A stretch of 64,000 nt of DNA from Octopus vulgaris. Taxonomy: Eukaryota. Positions 13,815 to 27,327 of this stretch are shown one piece after another. The notes below the pieces were generated by a model, which saw only the letters and a list, made by a program, of their open reading frames with translations, had not been told where the DNA came from and did not search any database. Position numbers and translations under genes: made by a program. The stretch covers positions 16,058,001-16,122,000 of the forward strand of contig OX597833.1 of assembly GCA_951406725.2 (NCBI GenBank), given 5' to 3'. The first letter of the stretch is position 1; each line of letters opens with the position of its first letter.

Positions 13815-14045
13815 ATTTCTTTATTGCCCACAAGGGGATAAACATAGAAGGGACAAACAAAGACAGACAAAGGGATTAAGTCGATTATATCGACCCCAGT
13901 GCGTAACTGGGACTTAGTTAATCGACCCCTAAAGGATGAAAGGCAAAGTCAACATCGGCAGAATTTGAACTCAGAACGTAACGACAGACGAAATGCCGCT
14001 AAGTATTTCGCCCGGCGCGCTAACCTTTCTGCCAGCTCGCCACCC
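13815..14045 (-). mobile_element. SINE family B
   Basis: Reverse-complement match. Confidence 0.85.
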
Positions 14046-14675
14046 TGATATGCGATATATAGTTGATCAAGCTAATCAACATATCATACTTTGTTTATGC
14101 CGGAATGGGGAATGGCAAACTAGATTTCATTATTATTTCGACGCAAAGTTTAGATTTCCAAGCTTTAACGATTTTACGGATATATTTCTCATTAAGAAAA
14201 ACAATTAGTTCAAAGAACTAATTTTGCTTTCTAAATATTAAATGTACATACATATATAGTCTCTGGGTAATACACGAATCACCCTTTCGTTGCCATATTT
14301 TTCATAATGAACAAAGAAAAAGAAATGACACAAGTAAAACAAAGGTTATGTTATATTCTTCTTAAGTTTACAGTTCTTTCTGCTATAAGAAGCCATGGGC
14401 TCTTAGTTGAGTGCATGGATAAAATCTTATAGCTTCGTCGGAGCTTCGCATATGAAGTACAATTTATTTAGGAAAGAATTACATTTTGGAACATACAGGG
14501 AAAGTATTACCAGTAGGAAATACTTTTAATACCTTCCTCGCTGTATTGCGTGTTCGTTTCTTTTCTGCATCTGTGATTTTATTTTGGATCTCCTATGTAA
14601 ATGAATTACGGGAGCGTAAACACACCAACATCGGTTGTCAAGCGATGGTGAGGGGTCCTACACAGGCACACAAAC

Positions 14676-14746
<71 letters not shown>

Positions 14747-15204
14747 CATATATATGTATTCGCCATGATAGGTCGATAGCCACTAAACCTTTTTTTCTAT
14801 TTTCTCGCCCTGTTCATTTCTGTGTTCCTTTCAGCAAAATAGATCGATAGAATAAACACCAGGCTTAAATTATAAAAATAAATCCTGGAATTGATTCACT
14901 CAACTAAAACCTCTTCAATGCGTTGCCCCAGCATGGCCGCAGTCTAACAAGTGAAACAGTTAGTTTGTCCGTTCTCGAGCCACGCCTGACTCATACATAA
15001 GGCCGGTTTCCCGGTTTCCTTGGCGCATAGGTTCCCCACCTGGACGGGACGCCGGTCCGTCGCATGTAAGCTGCAAGATGGAGGATGAAAGAGTGAGAGA
15101 AAATTGTGGCGAAAGAGTCAGCAGAAGTTCGCCATTAACCTCTGCCGGATACCAGCATCGGTTGTCAAGCGATATTAGGGGGACAAACACAGGCACACAA
15201 ACAT

Positions 15205-15277
<73 letters not shown>

Positions 15278-15278
<1 letters not shown>

Positions 15279-15465
15279 GGAAAGTTTACGAAAATAAACA
15301 AAAGACGAAGACAGGTGGTGTACAAAACAAACAGATGTATTAGTATAGCGCTCAGGAATAGCAAAAGTCTTTTATGTTTCGAGCCTACGCTCTTCTACAG
15401 AAAGGGATACAGAAAAAACAAGGAGAGAAAAAATGTGTGTAGTGGCTAACGATCTATCATGGCGT
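15278..15465 (-). mobile_element. HHR-A family element (about 190 bp, in TA tract); HHR motif 15369-15404
   Basis: One of six copies (15278, 21293, 31396, 44823, 52664, 63137). Confidence 0.75.
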
Positions 15466-16754
15466 CTATATATTTAGATATACACATATACGACGGTCTT
15501 CTTTCACTACCAAATCCACTCACAAGGCTTTGGTCGGCTCGAGGCTATAGTAGAAGACACTTGCTCAAGGTGCCACGCAGTGGGACTGAACCCGGAACCA
15601 TGTGACTGGTAAGTGAGAGAAAGGTAGAGAGAGAGAGAGTGATGCATATATACATGCAAGTATACAGAGACATATGTGTAAATATATAGGTATAAATATG
15701 AATACGTATATGTGTGTCTATATATATAAATATATATATGAGTGTATGCTTGTGTGTGCGTGTGTGTTTATATACATATATACATGCATAATATATACAA
15801 TATCTATATAGCTGCATATCTGTAATTGCATTTTGATATATATACAGGTATGTGTGTACGTATGTACGTATACATATGTATTTACAATCGCGCTTATCAA
15901 GATTTTCGTTCGATTTTTACATTGTTTTCATTGTATTATTTCCTACAAATGTTGTTTATTTTTCTCCGTCTTTGCTTTTGCTTTGCTTCCTTCCTCTTAT
16001 CCGTCACGTCTGTGTTGCAGCTGTCATATAAATCTACATCGTAAGCATTAAATTGATCTAGACTGTCTTGGAAGCCGTAAAACATGGTGTCGTTCGAGCA
16101 GGGCGAGTTTAAACAGCTGAGTTTTGAAAAGATAAATGTACATCAAGAGTGAACAAGAGAGCGAGAGAGAGAGAGGAAGCGGACGACAACAATAAAAGCA
16201 ACAATAACTGTAAATACAATAGTAAATTGTATTATCGTCGGTGTAATATTAGCGATGTCAAGATAAAACATTATACCTTAAACAACAATTTTGTTATCAG
16301 CGAAAATCGTAAATAAAATATCACTTAAGATGTCAACTGACACGAACATGAATACTGTTCCCCCATAATCACAGCCACCATCACCGCCACCACCATCGCT
16401 GTCACTACAATATCAGCAACGATAATCACACACACATACACACACACATACGCACGCATGCACACCTACGCACGCACACACACAAATATGCGTGTACAGA
16501 GAGAGACATAACACAGAAGGACAGAGAGAGAGGAAGCCAGAAAAATCACAGAGTCTATGAGAGAGAGAGAGAAAGAGAGATAGAGAGAGAGAAAGAGAGA
16601 TAGAGAGAGAAAGAGACAGAGAGAGAGAGACAGAGAGAGAGAGACAGAGAGAGAGAGATGGGGGGGTGATTATAATCTGGATTTGAATGTTCGCAATTAT
16701 TCAAGAACATTACACCCACCCTATTCTGATGCTACCTGTTATGAGAGCCAAATA

Positions 16755-17233
16755 TCGGGTTGTCCGGAAAGTTCGTGCCGATTTTTAAAGGAAAGAAAAA
16801 GGTCAATAAATATTTGCCATTACATTTTTAATCAACAAATTATGAACCATTTTGTTGCGCAATGCGTCTCGATCTTTCCTTTAACTTGAAGATACCCTCT
16901 TCCCAGAATTGAGACTTGAATAAGTAAAAATCCAAAGGAGCAATATCTGGTGAATATGGAGGGTGGGGTAACACATCACAGCCGACCTGCAGCAATTTTT
17001 GTCTGGGACCCAAAGCATTAAGTGCCGAAAATGAACTTTCTTATTTTCCATTTTAAAGGGTTACAGAATTAACACAGGTAATAGGAACATAAACCTTCTT
17101 CCACGAAAAGATAGATTAAACTGTGCTCTAAATGGAGGTGTAATCAAATCCTATTTTAAGGACTCAACCATGTTCTAAAATAAGTCGAAAGGTAAGCTAC
17201 TATAAATCGGTACGAACTTTCTGGACAACCCAA
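16755..17233 (-). mobile_element. Internally deleted mariner element
   Basis: TIRs tcgggttgtccggaaagttcgtgccgattt / aaatcggtacgaactttctggacaacccaa, TA TSD; residual HPPYSPD coding on the minus strand. Confidence 0.85.
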
Positions 17234-17544
17234 TACTTTGCTGAACCCCACTCTTTACACCAATCTTATTTTTTCTGCCCCTACTCGAACCCTAGGCCGT
17301 CATACGCCAAACGCTTTGTTACCCTCAAATCCAACCTTTCCCAAATCGTGACTATTTTTGCATCTGTTGGGTCATCCGTCTACTGCTACCTCACAACAGC
17401 TCAAGACGCTAATACATACCACACAACACCCTCATCCAGTCGGATTCTTTATCACTTCAAGTCGAAGCTCTGCCAGTTTTATGCTACGAGCCACTTGGCG
17501 AAGACTTTCATCACTCCAACTCATCAAAAAGCTTTCCACTCTAG

Positions 17545-17905
17545 GCATAAGGCCATAATTTCGTGGGGTGGGGGTTGGCTAGTACTTAATTTATCGATCC
17601 CGAAAGAATGAAAGGCAAAGTCGACCTCGGAGGAATTTGAACTCAGAACGTAACGGCAGACGAAATACCTATTTCTTTACTACCCACAAGGGGCTAAACA
17701 CAGAGAGGACAAACAAGGACAGACAAACGGATTAAGTCGATTATATCGACCCCAGTGCGTAACTGGTACTTAATTTATCGACCCTGAAAGGATGAAAGGC
17801 AAAGTCGACCTCGGCGGAATTTGAACTCAGAACGTAACGGCAGACGAAATACCGCTAAGCATCTCGCCCTGCGTGTTATAACGATTCTGCCAGCTCGCCG
17901 CCTTC
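17545..17905 (-). mobile_element. SINE family B dimer
   Basis: Two units with the standard junction. Confidence 0.85.
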
Positions 17906-18344
17906 CATCCCATCATAAACAGTTGGGCGTTTGATTAAAACCAAAATTTTAGCTATGTCCCTCAGCAAAAACACCTAATATCCAGAGTTACTTAACCTTG
18001 CATAAACTCAATAGATAGAATTGTATGAATGATTCCTCTCGATAATTTGTCAGTAGTGGTTACTACAAGAAGAATTCCACTAGACAGAAATTCAGAACAT
18101 GATCCAAAGATACTCCACAAGACAGACGTTCGGGACGAGACCCTGGAAAAAATATTTGACTAAAAATAAACACAAAGATGAGTCAAGGCTAGAGTCAAAC
18201 CTGACCTGACAAAAAGATGAAATATCGTATAATACGATTAATTCAGTAAGTTTTCGGATAACTGTCCATTGATAGTTATCTGCAGATTTATTAAATTGAG
18301 TGTGTAACTGTATGTGTGTATATGTGTGTGTGTGTGTATTTAAG

Positions 18345-18762
<418 letters not shown>

Positions 18763-18774
18763 ATATATATATAT

Positions 18775-19085
18775 ACGAGGGTGAATCAAAAAGTAATGCC
18801 ATTTTGTTTAGGACAGGTATAATTACCAACTCCAGGAACATGTATCATACATCAAGATGGAGCTGGTTCTCTGTGGATCCCATCCCTACTTTTCAACATA
18901 GCCACCGTTTCTCTCAATAGCAATGTTATACCTTCGAATTAGAGCATGTACCCCCGCCCCGTAAAATTCTGTTGACAGTTCTTTGAGCCACTTCTTCACT
19001 ACAGTTTTCACTTCCACGTCACTGGAATAATGTTTGCCTCTCAAACCCTCTTTCATGAGGCCTAAGAGATGATAGCCTGAAGGCG
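18775..19085 (-). pseudogene. Mariner 3' end fragment
   Basis: TIR-like cgagggtgaatcaaaaagt after TA; minus strand encodes a C-terminal NGGYVEK-like motif. Confidence 0.7.
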
Positions 19086-19099
19086 CTAAATTTGTTCGA

Positions 19100-20750
19100 C
19101 TTTCATTGCCTGATTTTCATCCACCCCTACATTACACACCTTTCGCTCATATCCTGTAAATATTCCCTTTTCGTCACCAATAGGCTCTCCACTCGACTTT
19201 TACGTACACGACATGAGGAAGTTCCTTCTGTTGCTCCAAACAAGGCCTCTGGAGCTGACAACGTTCTTTCTATTACACTTAAATAATGCGCCCCAGAACT
19301 TGCCCCCTACATTCAACAGACATTTTAATCTCTCACATTCTACAGAAATATACACTGACATTTAGAATCAAGCCTCGTTTCATCGTATTCCAAAGAAAAC
19401 AACCCCGTTCAACCCGGCCAAATATCACCCTATTGCTCTCATTTCTAACATCTCCAAAGTAACGGAGACGGCAATTAACAATGACATTCTCCATCACCTT
19501 GAATTTCTCCTCTCGTTCTCTCTCTCTCTCCCTCTATCTTTCTCTCCTTCTCTCCTCAGTAACTATCAGTATGGCTTCCACAAAGCCAAATCCACATGGG
19601 ACTCACTCGCTTATGTCCTTCATCGTTGAGATCTCGCTTTAGAGATATTTCAACAAAAGCGATATTTTAGGTCTAATCATTAGCCACCAGCAAAGCATTC
19701 GTCCGTATGTGACATCCCAATCTACAGACTCCACATATCTCTCATCTCTTGGATTGATAGCTCCTTATCAGATCGCACAATTGCTGCATGCGTTGTTGGA
19801 AGTCTTTCTTCCCTGCTCTCAAAAACCTCTGATATTTTCCAGGATTCGGTTCTGTCTCCTATTCTCTCTTCGTTCTACTTTTACTATTTCCTGCTGCATA
19901 GAACCTCGTCTACTCTTATGCAAATAACAAACAACTTCATTCCTCCCAATGCTTCTCTAACCGTGTACCACAGCATGAAACCTAGACACCACACGCTCTA
20001 CTTTCGCTGAGCCCATAAATAGATACCTCGTGAGCATCATGCTGTTGAGACCCATGACAACCTTGTCCATTATAGCAGCAAAAGCACTCACGTAAAACTC
20101 GTATAAACGAAATACCACTCACACTCACCCTCAATAGAAATGAAACGCACTCAGTTGCAGCCTTGCAGTCACTCCAAAGACTGCTGCGGGTCATAATCAC
20201 CGAGGATCCCTCCTGTACGAAATCGTATACTTAGTACAGTTAGGACAGCTTCGAGAGACAATCCCTACTTTTTAGAACCCGCAGATATATCAGTCCTCAA
20301 CTGCTGATGGCGCTGTATGAGGTTTCATTTAGGTCCAAAATGGCGTAATTGACCACACATCTAGAATGGTGCTGCTGTGCATACTGATATACCAGCTCGC
20401 ATTCAGATAACAACCACTTAGCCAAACAGCCTTCCATCACCAAATGATGTATTCCAGCCTCTTGGCAACAGGCTTGCGGTCTCCTCTCTCTTCCCTTCAT
20501 TCTCATTCTCCCTCTCTATTTCTATTTCTCTCTCATTGTCTTTTTAAATGTCTAATGGTTTTTGCTCCTCAATGCTTGCTGGTCTTGTACTACAGGGCCC
20601 AGCCTCTCCTTCCTCCTTTCTAACCCCTACACCTAATCCTTCAACCACAGGATATCACATCGAATTTTTGGACCGCTCCCTCCACTCATATCTTTTCGTA
20701 GATATTAACCTGCAAGGTTTTAAACGGAACATCAACAGTATGTATTTATA
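19100..20750 (+). pseudogene. Degenerate CR1/L2/Jockey-group LINE reverse transcriptase
   Basis: KASGADN..LK.CAPELA, IPKK, YHPIALISNISKV, QYGF and SKAF motifs with many stops and frameshifts. Confidence 0.75.
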
Positions 20751-21217
20751 CAACGTGAAATGAAGTGTCTTGCTCAAGAACACATCACGCAGCCCCGTAC
20801 GGGATTCGAACTCACAACCTCACAGTCGTAAGATCGACTGAGCCATGCGCCTTCACATATATCAATATAGTCGTTATAATAATAATAGGCGTGGTCATTT
20901 TTTATAAAATAGATGATTCTCTTTGTCAATGTGTTCCATTCTGTTGAAGTGATTGATCACTGACAGGTGCCTGGCAACACCTTACAAGTCACTAATCTTA
21001 AGGTGTAAATCTCTCTCTTTCTCTCTCCCTCTCTCTCCCACTCTCTTTATCTCTGTTTATCTATGTATCTACCTGTGCTCGCAGCGCGTATACTATTTCT
21101 ATATGACGCAGTAATAATCTTTAAACAAAATAATGGACAGGTAGACGTAAAATTCAATAACTGTTCACCAGAAAATGTATCTTTATAAATACAGCTGCAC
21201 AATACTCACACACACAC

Positions 21218-21292
<75 letters not shown>

Positions 21293-21294
<2 letters not shown>

Positions 21295-21468
21295 TCGTTA
21301 GCCACCACACACATTTCTTCTCTCCTTGTTTTTTCTGTCTCCCTTTCTGTAGAAGAGCGTAGGCTCGAAACGTAAAATACTTTTTTCAGTTCCCGAGCGT
21401 TATACTAATACATCTGTTTCTTTTGCACACCACCTGTCTTCTTCTTTTGTGTTTTTCGTAAACTCTCC
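21293..21468 (+). mobile_element. HHR-A family element; HHR motif 21343-21378
   Basis: CUUU-CUGUAGA-a-GAGC(guag)GCUC-GAAAC-GUA^-AAAU. Confidence 0.75.
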
Positions 21469-21471
21469 ATG

Positions 21472-21745
<274 letters not shown>

Positions 21746-21789
21746 TAAGAGTGTATGTATACACACATAAGTGTGTAATAAGAATTATG

Positions 21790-22415
21790 ATTTCAAATTT
21801 TTGCCTCAGGGTCAGCTTGGAGGAGGGAATCAAGTCGATTACATCGTTCTGCAGTATATAACTGGTACTTATTTAATCGACCACGAAAGGATGAAAGGCA
21901 AAGTCGACCTCGGCGGAATTTGAACTCAAAACGTAGTGACGGGTGAAATGCCGTTAAGCATTTCGTCCGGCGTGCTAACGAGTCTGCCAGCTCGCCGCCT
22001 TAACCATGACAATAATCCCTTTTATAATAGGCACAGGGCCTTAAATTTGTGGGAGGGGAACAGTCGATTACATCGACCCCAGTACTGAACTAGTACTTGA
22101 TTTATTGACTCCGAAAGGATGAAAGGCCAAGTCAACCTCGGCGAAATTTCAACTCAGAACGTAGAGAGGGGCGAAATACCTATTTCTTTACTACCCACAA
22201 GGGCCTAAACACAGAGAGAACAAACAAGGACAGACAAACGGATTAAGTCGATTATATCGACCCCAGTTCGTAACTGGTACTTATTTAATTGATCCCGAAA
22301 GAATGAAAGGCAAAGTCGACCTCGGCGAAATTTCAACTCAGAAAGTAACGGCAGACGAAATACCGCTTAGCCTTTCGTCCGACGTACTAACGATTCTGCC
22401 AACTCGCCGCTTTAA
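21790..22415 (-). mobile_element. Cluster of SINE family B units
   Basis: Three units, reverse-complement match. Confidence 0.8.
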
Positions 22416-22569
22416 CCATGATAATAATGATACTGATAATAATAATTAGTTGAAAATGGAATAAATTTAAATATATGGAGCAAGCTTACTTTTTAACAGG
22501 GGAGATGAATATTTTAATATATATCTATCGAAAGATTCGAAATTGTTTCCTCATAAAAAAAAAACTCTT

Positions 22570-22981
22570 GGATCTTTTCGGTTTGAACGGCAGTTTTTAA
22601 CATAATTTCTAGGTAACTAAAAGATTTTAAACTTCGTATACTGGTAGAATGTGTTTATAAAACATCTTTTTCTCTTGGCTTTACTGAAAAAATTCTATAG
22701 TTTGTAAGATATTTGTTGTTTTTTCTTGCATTTCGGCAATTTCAACCAATCACTGACGTCTGTTGAGTAAAAAACATTCTGTGCCGTATGAATGTGTCCC
22801 TCGTTTAAGAAACAGATTGGGTTTATTTACATTTGTGAAGAAAAAAGGATACCCTTCCCCACCCCTAACCCTAACCCTAAAACAGATTGAAATGCAATAG
22901 ATCGATACTAGGGTCATAATTATGGGTGACAATTTCATATAACACCGATAGAAAAAACTGCCGTTCAAACCGAATAGATCC
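22570..22981. mobile_element. MITE with GG-initiated TIRs and 8-bp TSD (Merlin-like); internal (CCCTAA)n
   Basis: TIR ggatcttttcggtttgaacggcagttttt; TSD aaactctt on both sides; second copy at 32538. Confidence 0.8.
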
Positions 22982-23397
22982 AAACTCTTTCCCTAAAACA
23001 GTGTATGTTTTCACAAACTAAGTTTTAAACAATTCCATTTCGCTGAAAGGTTTTCGTATACACACACACAAAAAAAAAAAAATATTGAATAAATTTTTGT
23101 GCATATTATGATCAAGAAGTTTTACAAGAGAAGGAAGATCACATTTTACGCTCTCATCAACTTCTAAATTTTAAATTATGTTCTGCAATGCAGATTTTAG
23201 CAATGCAGATTTTAGTGGAATAGAGCTACAAAAAAAAATCTAAAAAAATCTAAAATTCTGTAATAAAAATAGTTTTTGTGTTAATTCAAATAACTTTGGG
23301 GAATACGTGCCTTCTCTTTCTCATTCCCAATTTAGACTAAATTTCGCCTGGCCACTGCTTTGTAGCAAGATATGTATGTACGTACGTATGCATGTCA

Positions 23398-23806
23398 TTA
23401 TTACCCCCGTCTTCGCGAAGGCGGCGGTATTGTTTTCAGTCGGTGAGCTGGCAGAAACGTTAGCACGTCGGGCGAAATGCGTAGCCGTATTTCGTCTGTC
23501 GTTACGTTCTGAGTTCAAATTCCGCCGAGGTCGACTTTGCCTTTCATCCTTTCGGGGTCGATAAATTAAGTACCAGTTACGCACTGGAGTCGATATAATC
23601 GACTTAATCCGTTTGTCTGTCCTTGTTTGTCCCCTCTGTGTTTAGCCCCTTGTGGGTAGTAAAGAAATAGGTATTGTTTTCAGTCGTGTTTGTTTGTTTG
23701 TTTGTCCGTGGACAGGATATCTCAAGAAGTGCTGGGTGAATTCGGATGAAACTTTCAGGGATATTTGTCCATGTGACTGGCACGAACTGATAAGATTTTG
23801 GGATCT
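23398..23806 (+). mobile_element. DINE-1/HINE-like element interrupted by SINE B; probably resumes at about 24825-25030
   Basis: ttattacccccgtcttcgcgaaggcgg hairpin start, (gttt)n, gatgaaactttcaggg, ttttgggatc. Confidence 0.6.
23443..23669 (+). mobile_element. SINE family B with 17-bp TSD
   Basis: ggtattgttttcagtcg at 23426-23442 and 23670-23686. Confidence 0.9.
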
Positions 23807-23807
23807 G

Positions 23808-24770
23808 TTTTCTTACTACCCATGCGGGCCAACATAGAGGGGACAACACAACATGACCGGGGTCACATACAAACGGATGATATAATAAAATTTTACGTGC
23901 ATAATGAAGTCGAATGAATTACAACACAATAAATTACAAACAACAAATTACAAACAATAATTCACAAGATGAGGTGTTCGAAACAGGTATGCTCCAACCC
24001 CAGGAGCCCTGTCTTTAACACCGACTTCCTGATAGTCACACAAGCGTGCTCACGCAGGGCCTTTCACTCCCATCATGCGTCCTACACGCGTCCATTGTTT
24101 CTTAAACTCACTCTCTGATAAACACCTCCTTTCCATCCCCACCTTCCTTTTCAAGTGAAAAGTGAACATTTCCACGAGGGCGAGGCCGGAGACGCAGGTG
24201 TGTGTCACGATACCTTTCATTCTCGACTTCCATATCACCTCTCACGCAATTGCTACTACCACTAGAAAACAATTCTGATTTTTTATTACTCACAAGGGGC
24301 GAACACAGAGGGGACAATACAATCTGATTTGGGGTCTGACTTACGAATGATAAATACACAAAATGAAATTTTAAAATTAGCACAAAATGACAATATATAT
24401 AAAAAACAAAAATTCGAATGATAGAACAGACCAGAAGACATTACGGATGGAGTGGGGGCGGATTTAGCTCGGACCCCACGAGCCCCGCCTCGCCACTGAT
24501 ACTTGGGTTTCATCCTGTTTCACATTTATGTGGTACCATCCATACGCAACATCCGTGCTACATTCTTCCATCGTTTTTCAAGCACTTTCTAAGTCAGGCA
24601 TTTTCTCTCCATCCCTATTTTCCTTTTCAGGTGGAAGATGAAGTAATTCATCAATCCAGGGCCAGAGATGAAATTGCCTGACTCTAAACCTTTCAGCCTC
24701 GTCTTCCAAATCACCTCTCTCGCAATTGCAACTACAACGAGAAAACAATTCTTACCTTCTTCCGTCAGGA
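23808..24770 (-). pseudogene. Two tandem 3' fragments of an L1/Tx1-like LINE (23808-24275, 24283-24770)
   Basis: IWKSRMKG...FHLKRKVGMERRCLSESEFKKQW resembles a Tx1-type ORF2 C-terminus; the second fragment is homologous. Confidence 0.6.
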
Positions 24771-25768
24771 AATCCGGCGGGTTAATTTTTACAATTGACT
24801 CAGCCGATAGCTGTACTCTTAGAACTGATTAAATTTTGGGATCGATTCAGTACTGGATAAGGGTTCTGGATTATTTTTTCTGGTTTTATATTTCATTTTT
24901 GAGAGCAGTCGGGTTCATTTTTAGCGTCCTCGTTTATGAGAGCAATCGAGTTTATTTCAGATATTCTCATTTTAAAAATCATCTCTGGCTAATCGTTGCG
25001 ACGACGTTGGTGTCGCAGAGTAGCAACTTGTTTGTTTGAGTCTCGTCATTTTTTGACGACGGTTTTGTTGTTGAGGGCTTTCTCTTTGAGACTGTCCGTT
25101 GTTGAAGTTGCTTTTATTTCTGTTGAAAGGTTATTGTTGAAGCGACTCGCGCGTAATTGTCTTTTTGTTTTAGCTGTTTTTCTTCCCATTGTGGAGGTGA
25201 AAAGGTTGGTTTTTATTATAGAGGTTGCGCGGGAATCGCTCCAGTGGGGGTGGCTGCGCCGTTGGAGGCGGAACAGTTAGGGGTGAAGATGGAAGAGGTA
25301 GTGCTAGGTGAGCAGTTTGTGCAGATAGAGGAGGTGTAATAGAGCTGGTCCCTCCGGAGGAGGCAGTCAGCGGTGAGAGCGGTGAGAGCGGTGAGACGGT
25401 GGTGTGACGAACGCGGGCGGTCACCACTAGCAGGATGGAAATCTTGTCGGAGGATGGTGTGGAGGAGTGCTTGGGACTCGTGATGAGGGGGTGACATTTG
25501 TGAACAGAGGAGGAAACTACGGCACGGTGGAGGTGAGGTTTGCTACCGGGGGGGCCTCCCATTCCACCGCTATTCTGCACCCCGGCAGGGTGGTGTGCTA
25601 CTCACGTGTAGGGGCGGGCGCGGTGTTCAGATTTGAATGGGAGGGGCGCCGCCAGAAGTAGAGACAGAATGGTTGGTGGCAGCTGTTCTGACTGCCAGTG
25701 GGGAGGGTCCCGAATTAGGACCGGTGGGAGGAGCAAGCATGTGGAACTGATAAGGATGCAGTGTCGAG

Positions 25769-26430
25769 ATGTGGCTTTTTTCCACTCTCGGTGACATGGA
25801 AAGGGTCCCCTACCAGGAGGAGATTGCGGTGAAGGGTTCCCTCAGAGTGGTTGCTGAGGGTCATCGACGCAATTGTTGCGAATGTGGGGTGAGAGGTTAT
25901 ATGAGGACGTGGTTCCCCGGGCACGAGCATCCTTGGTGTAAGAAGTCTGTGGAAGGGGACCGGGAGGTGGCGATTGGAGTACAGATCGAAGCAGAGAAGG
26001 ATGGAGATGGCGGGGGCGATGTTGGATCCGTCAGAGATGCAGAAGAAGAGTTGAAGACGAGAGAGGACGAAGCGAGGGCGGCGAGGGAGGGGAGTGACGT
26101 GTTTGTCGGCCCCAAAAGGAAGAAGGAGGATCGGGAGAGCACTCGCGGGGACCGGAGGCAGAGGCGGAGGAGATGACCAAGCGGGGTGGGAAGCCGCCTA
26201 AACTCGAGCATACGCATGCAGTAGAGACGGAACCAAGAGAGAGAGAGAGAGAATTTAAACTTAAGGCATTCTTAGTCTACTACGTAGAAAGAAGAATATC
26301 CAAGAGGAAGGGATTAGTAAGGGTAAAGCTGCCCGAGATTAAATTCAAGGAGAATGAAAGGTGTGTTCTATTGAATGAAGAAAGATACAAAATATTCATG
26401 GATTCACATAGAAAATTGGTGACTGATTGA
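25769..26430 (+). pseudogene. Decayed LINE ORF1/gag-like region with CCHC-like knuckle
   Basis: VVAEGHRRNCCECGVRGYMRTW resembles V.VEGR.P.C..CG..GH; GC-rich block next to the Tx1-like remnants. Confidence 0.45.
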
Positions 26431-26564
26431 CGGGCCGGGTTGTATGATACCCTGCTGCCCGTGGTGGAATATGAAAGGTTGAAAAACTTTTAGAGAAAAT
26501 ATAATATTTGATATGAACAATATATAAAATGATGAAGATGTGAACTTTTTCATCAAACAGTTCT

Positions 26565-26757
26565 ATATTTAAGAGATGAGGAATTATGTACATTATTTAC
26601 GTTATTTACATTTGACGGATATTTGTCCGCATCTTACTTGTTGATAGCACAACGTTTCGGCTGATATACTCTCCAGCCTTCATCGGGTGTCTTGGGGAAT
26701 TGAACTCGGAATCTTGGGGTTAGTCACCCGCGCTCTTAACCACTACCGAATAATAAT

Positions 26758-26824
<67 letters not shown>

Positions 26825-26975
26825 TCGAAAAATACCTTAGGAATGAGAATCCAGGTTCGAAATTTCCCCCAAGACACCTGAAGAAGGCTGGAGGGTATAT
26901 CAGCCGAAACGTTGTGTTAACAACAAACAAGATGAGGACAAATATCCGTCAAATGTAAATAATGTAAATAATGTA
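26565..26975. mobile_element. Inverted pair of HHR-bearing arms with tRNA-like promoter segments around an (AAT/AAC)n spacer
   Basis: 26590-26700 is the reverse complement of about 26865-26975. Confidence 0.75.
26873..26918 (+). ncRNA. Minimal type I hammerhead ribozyme, canonical core
   Basis: GACAC-CUGAAGA-a-GGCUG(gaggguauau)CAGCC-GAAAC-GUU^-GUGUU; mirror copy at 26646-26691 (minus) has CCGAUGA. Confidence 0.8.
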
Positions 26976-27262
26976 TATGAACTGTTTGTTTTTTTTAAAA
27001 AAAGTTTTTAAAAAGCGGAAAAACTGTCCAAAATAATATCTAAATGTAACACTCGACTTCGGGGATCGAATGGGCATTGCGCCTCATTTTTGTCATTTAC
27101 ATAATTTCATTAGTTTCTTTTTATTTTTCCTTCCTTGCTCGATTTCTTTTATATTTCTATTTCCCCGATTATATGTTTTGTATTGTCTTTGTAATGTATA
27201 CCTCTCTCTCTCTCTCTCTCTCTCTCTTTATATATATATATATATATATACATACATATATT

Positions 27263-27327
<65 letters not shown>

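Noticed and set aside
15945-16116. Possible minus-strand terminal exon CLNSPCSND...NICRK*
   Set aside because: No recognisable homology, modest acceptor, no linked upstream exon
22860-22880. Telomere or chromosome fusion site
   Set aside because: Only 3-4 units, internal to a MITE present twice
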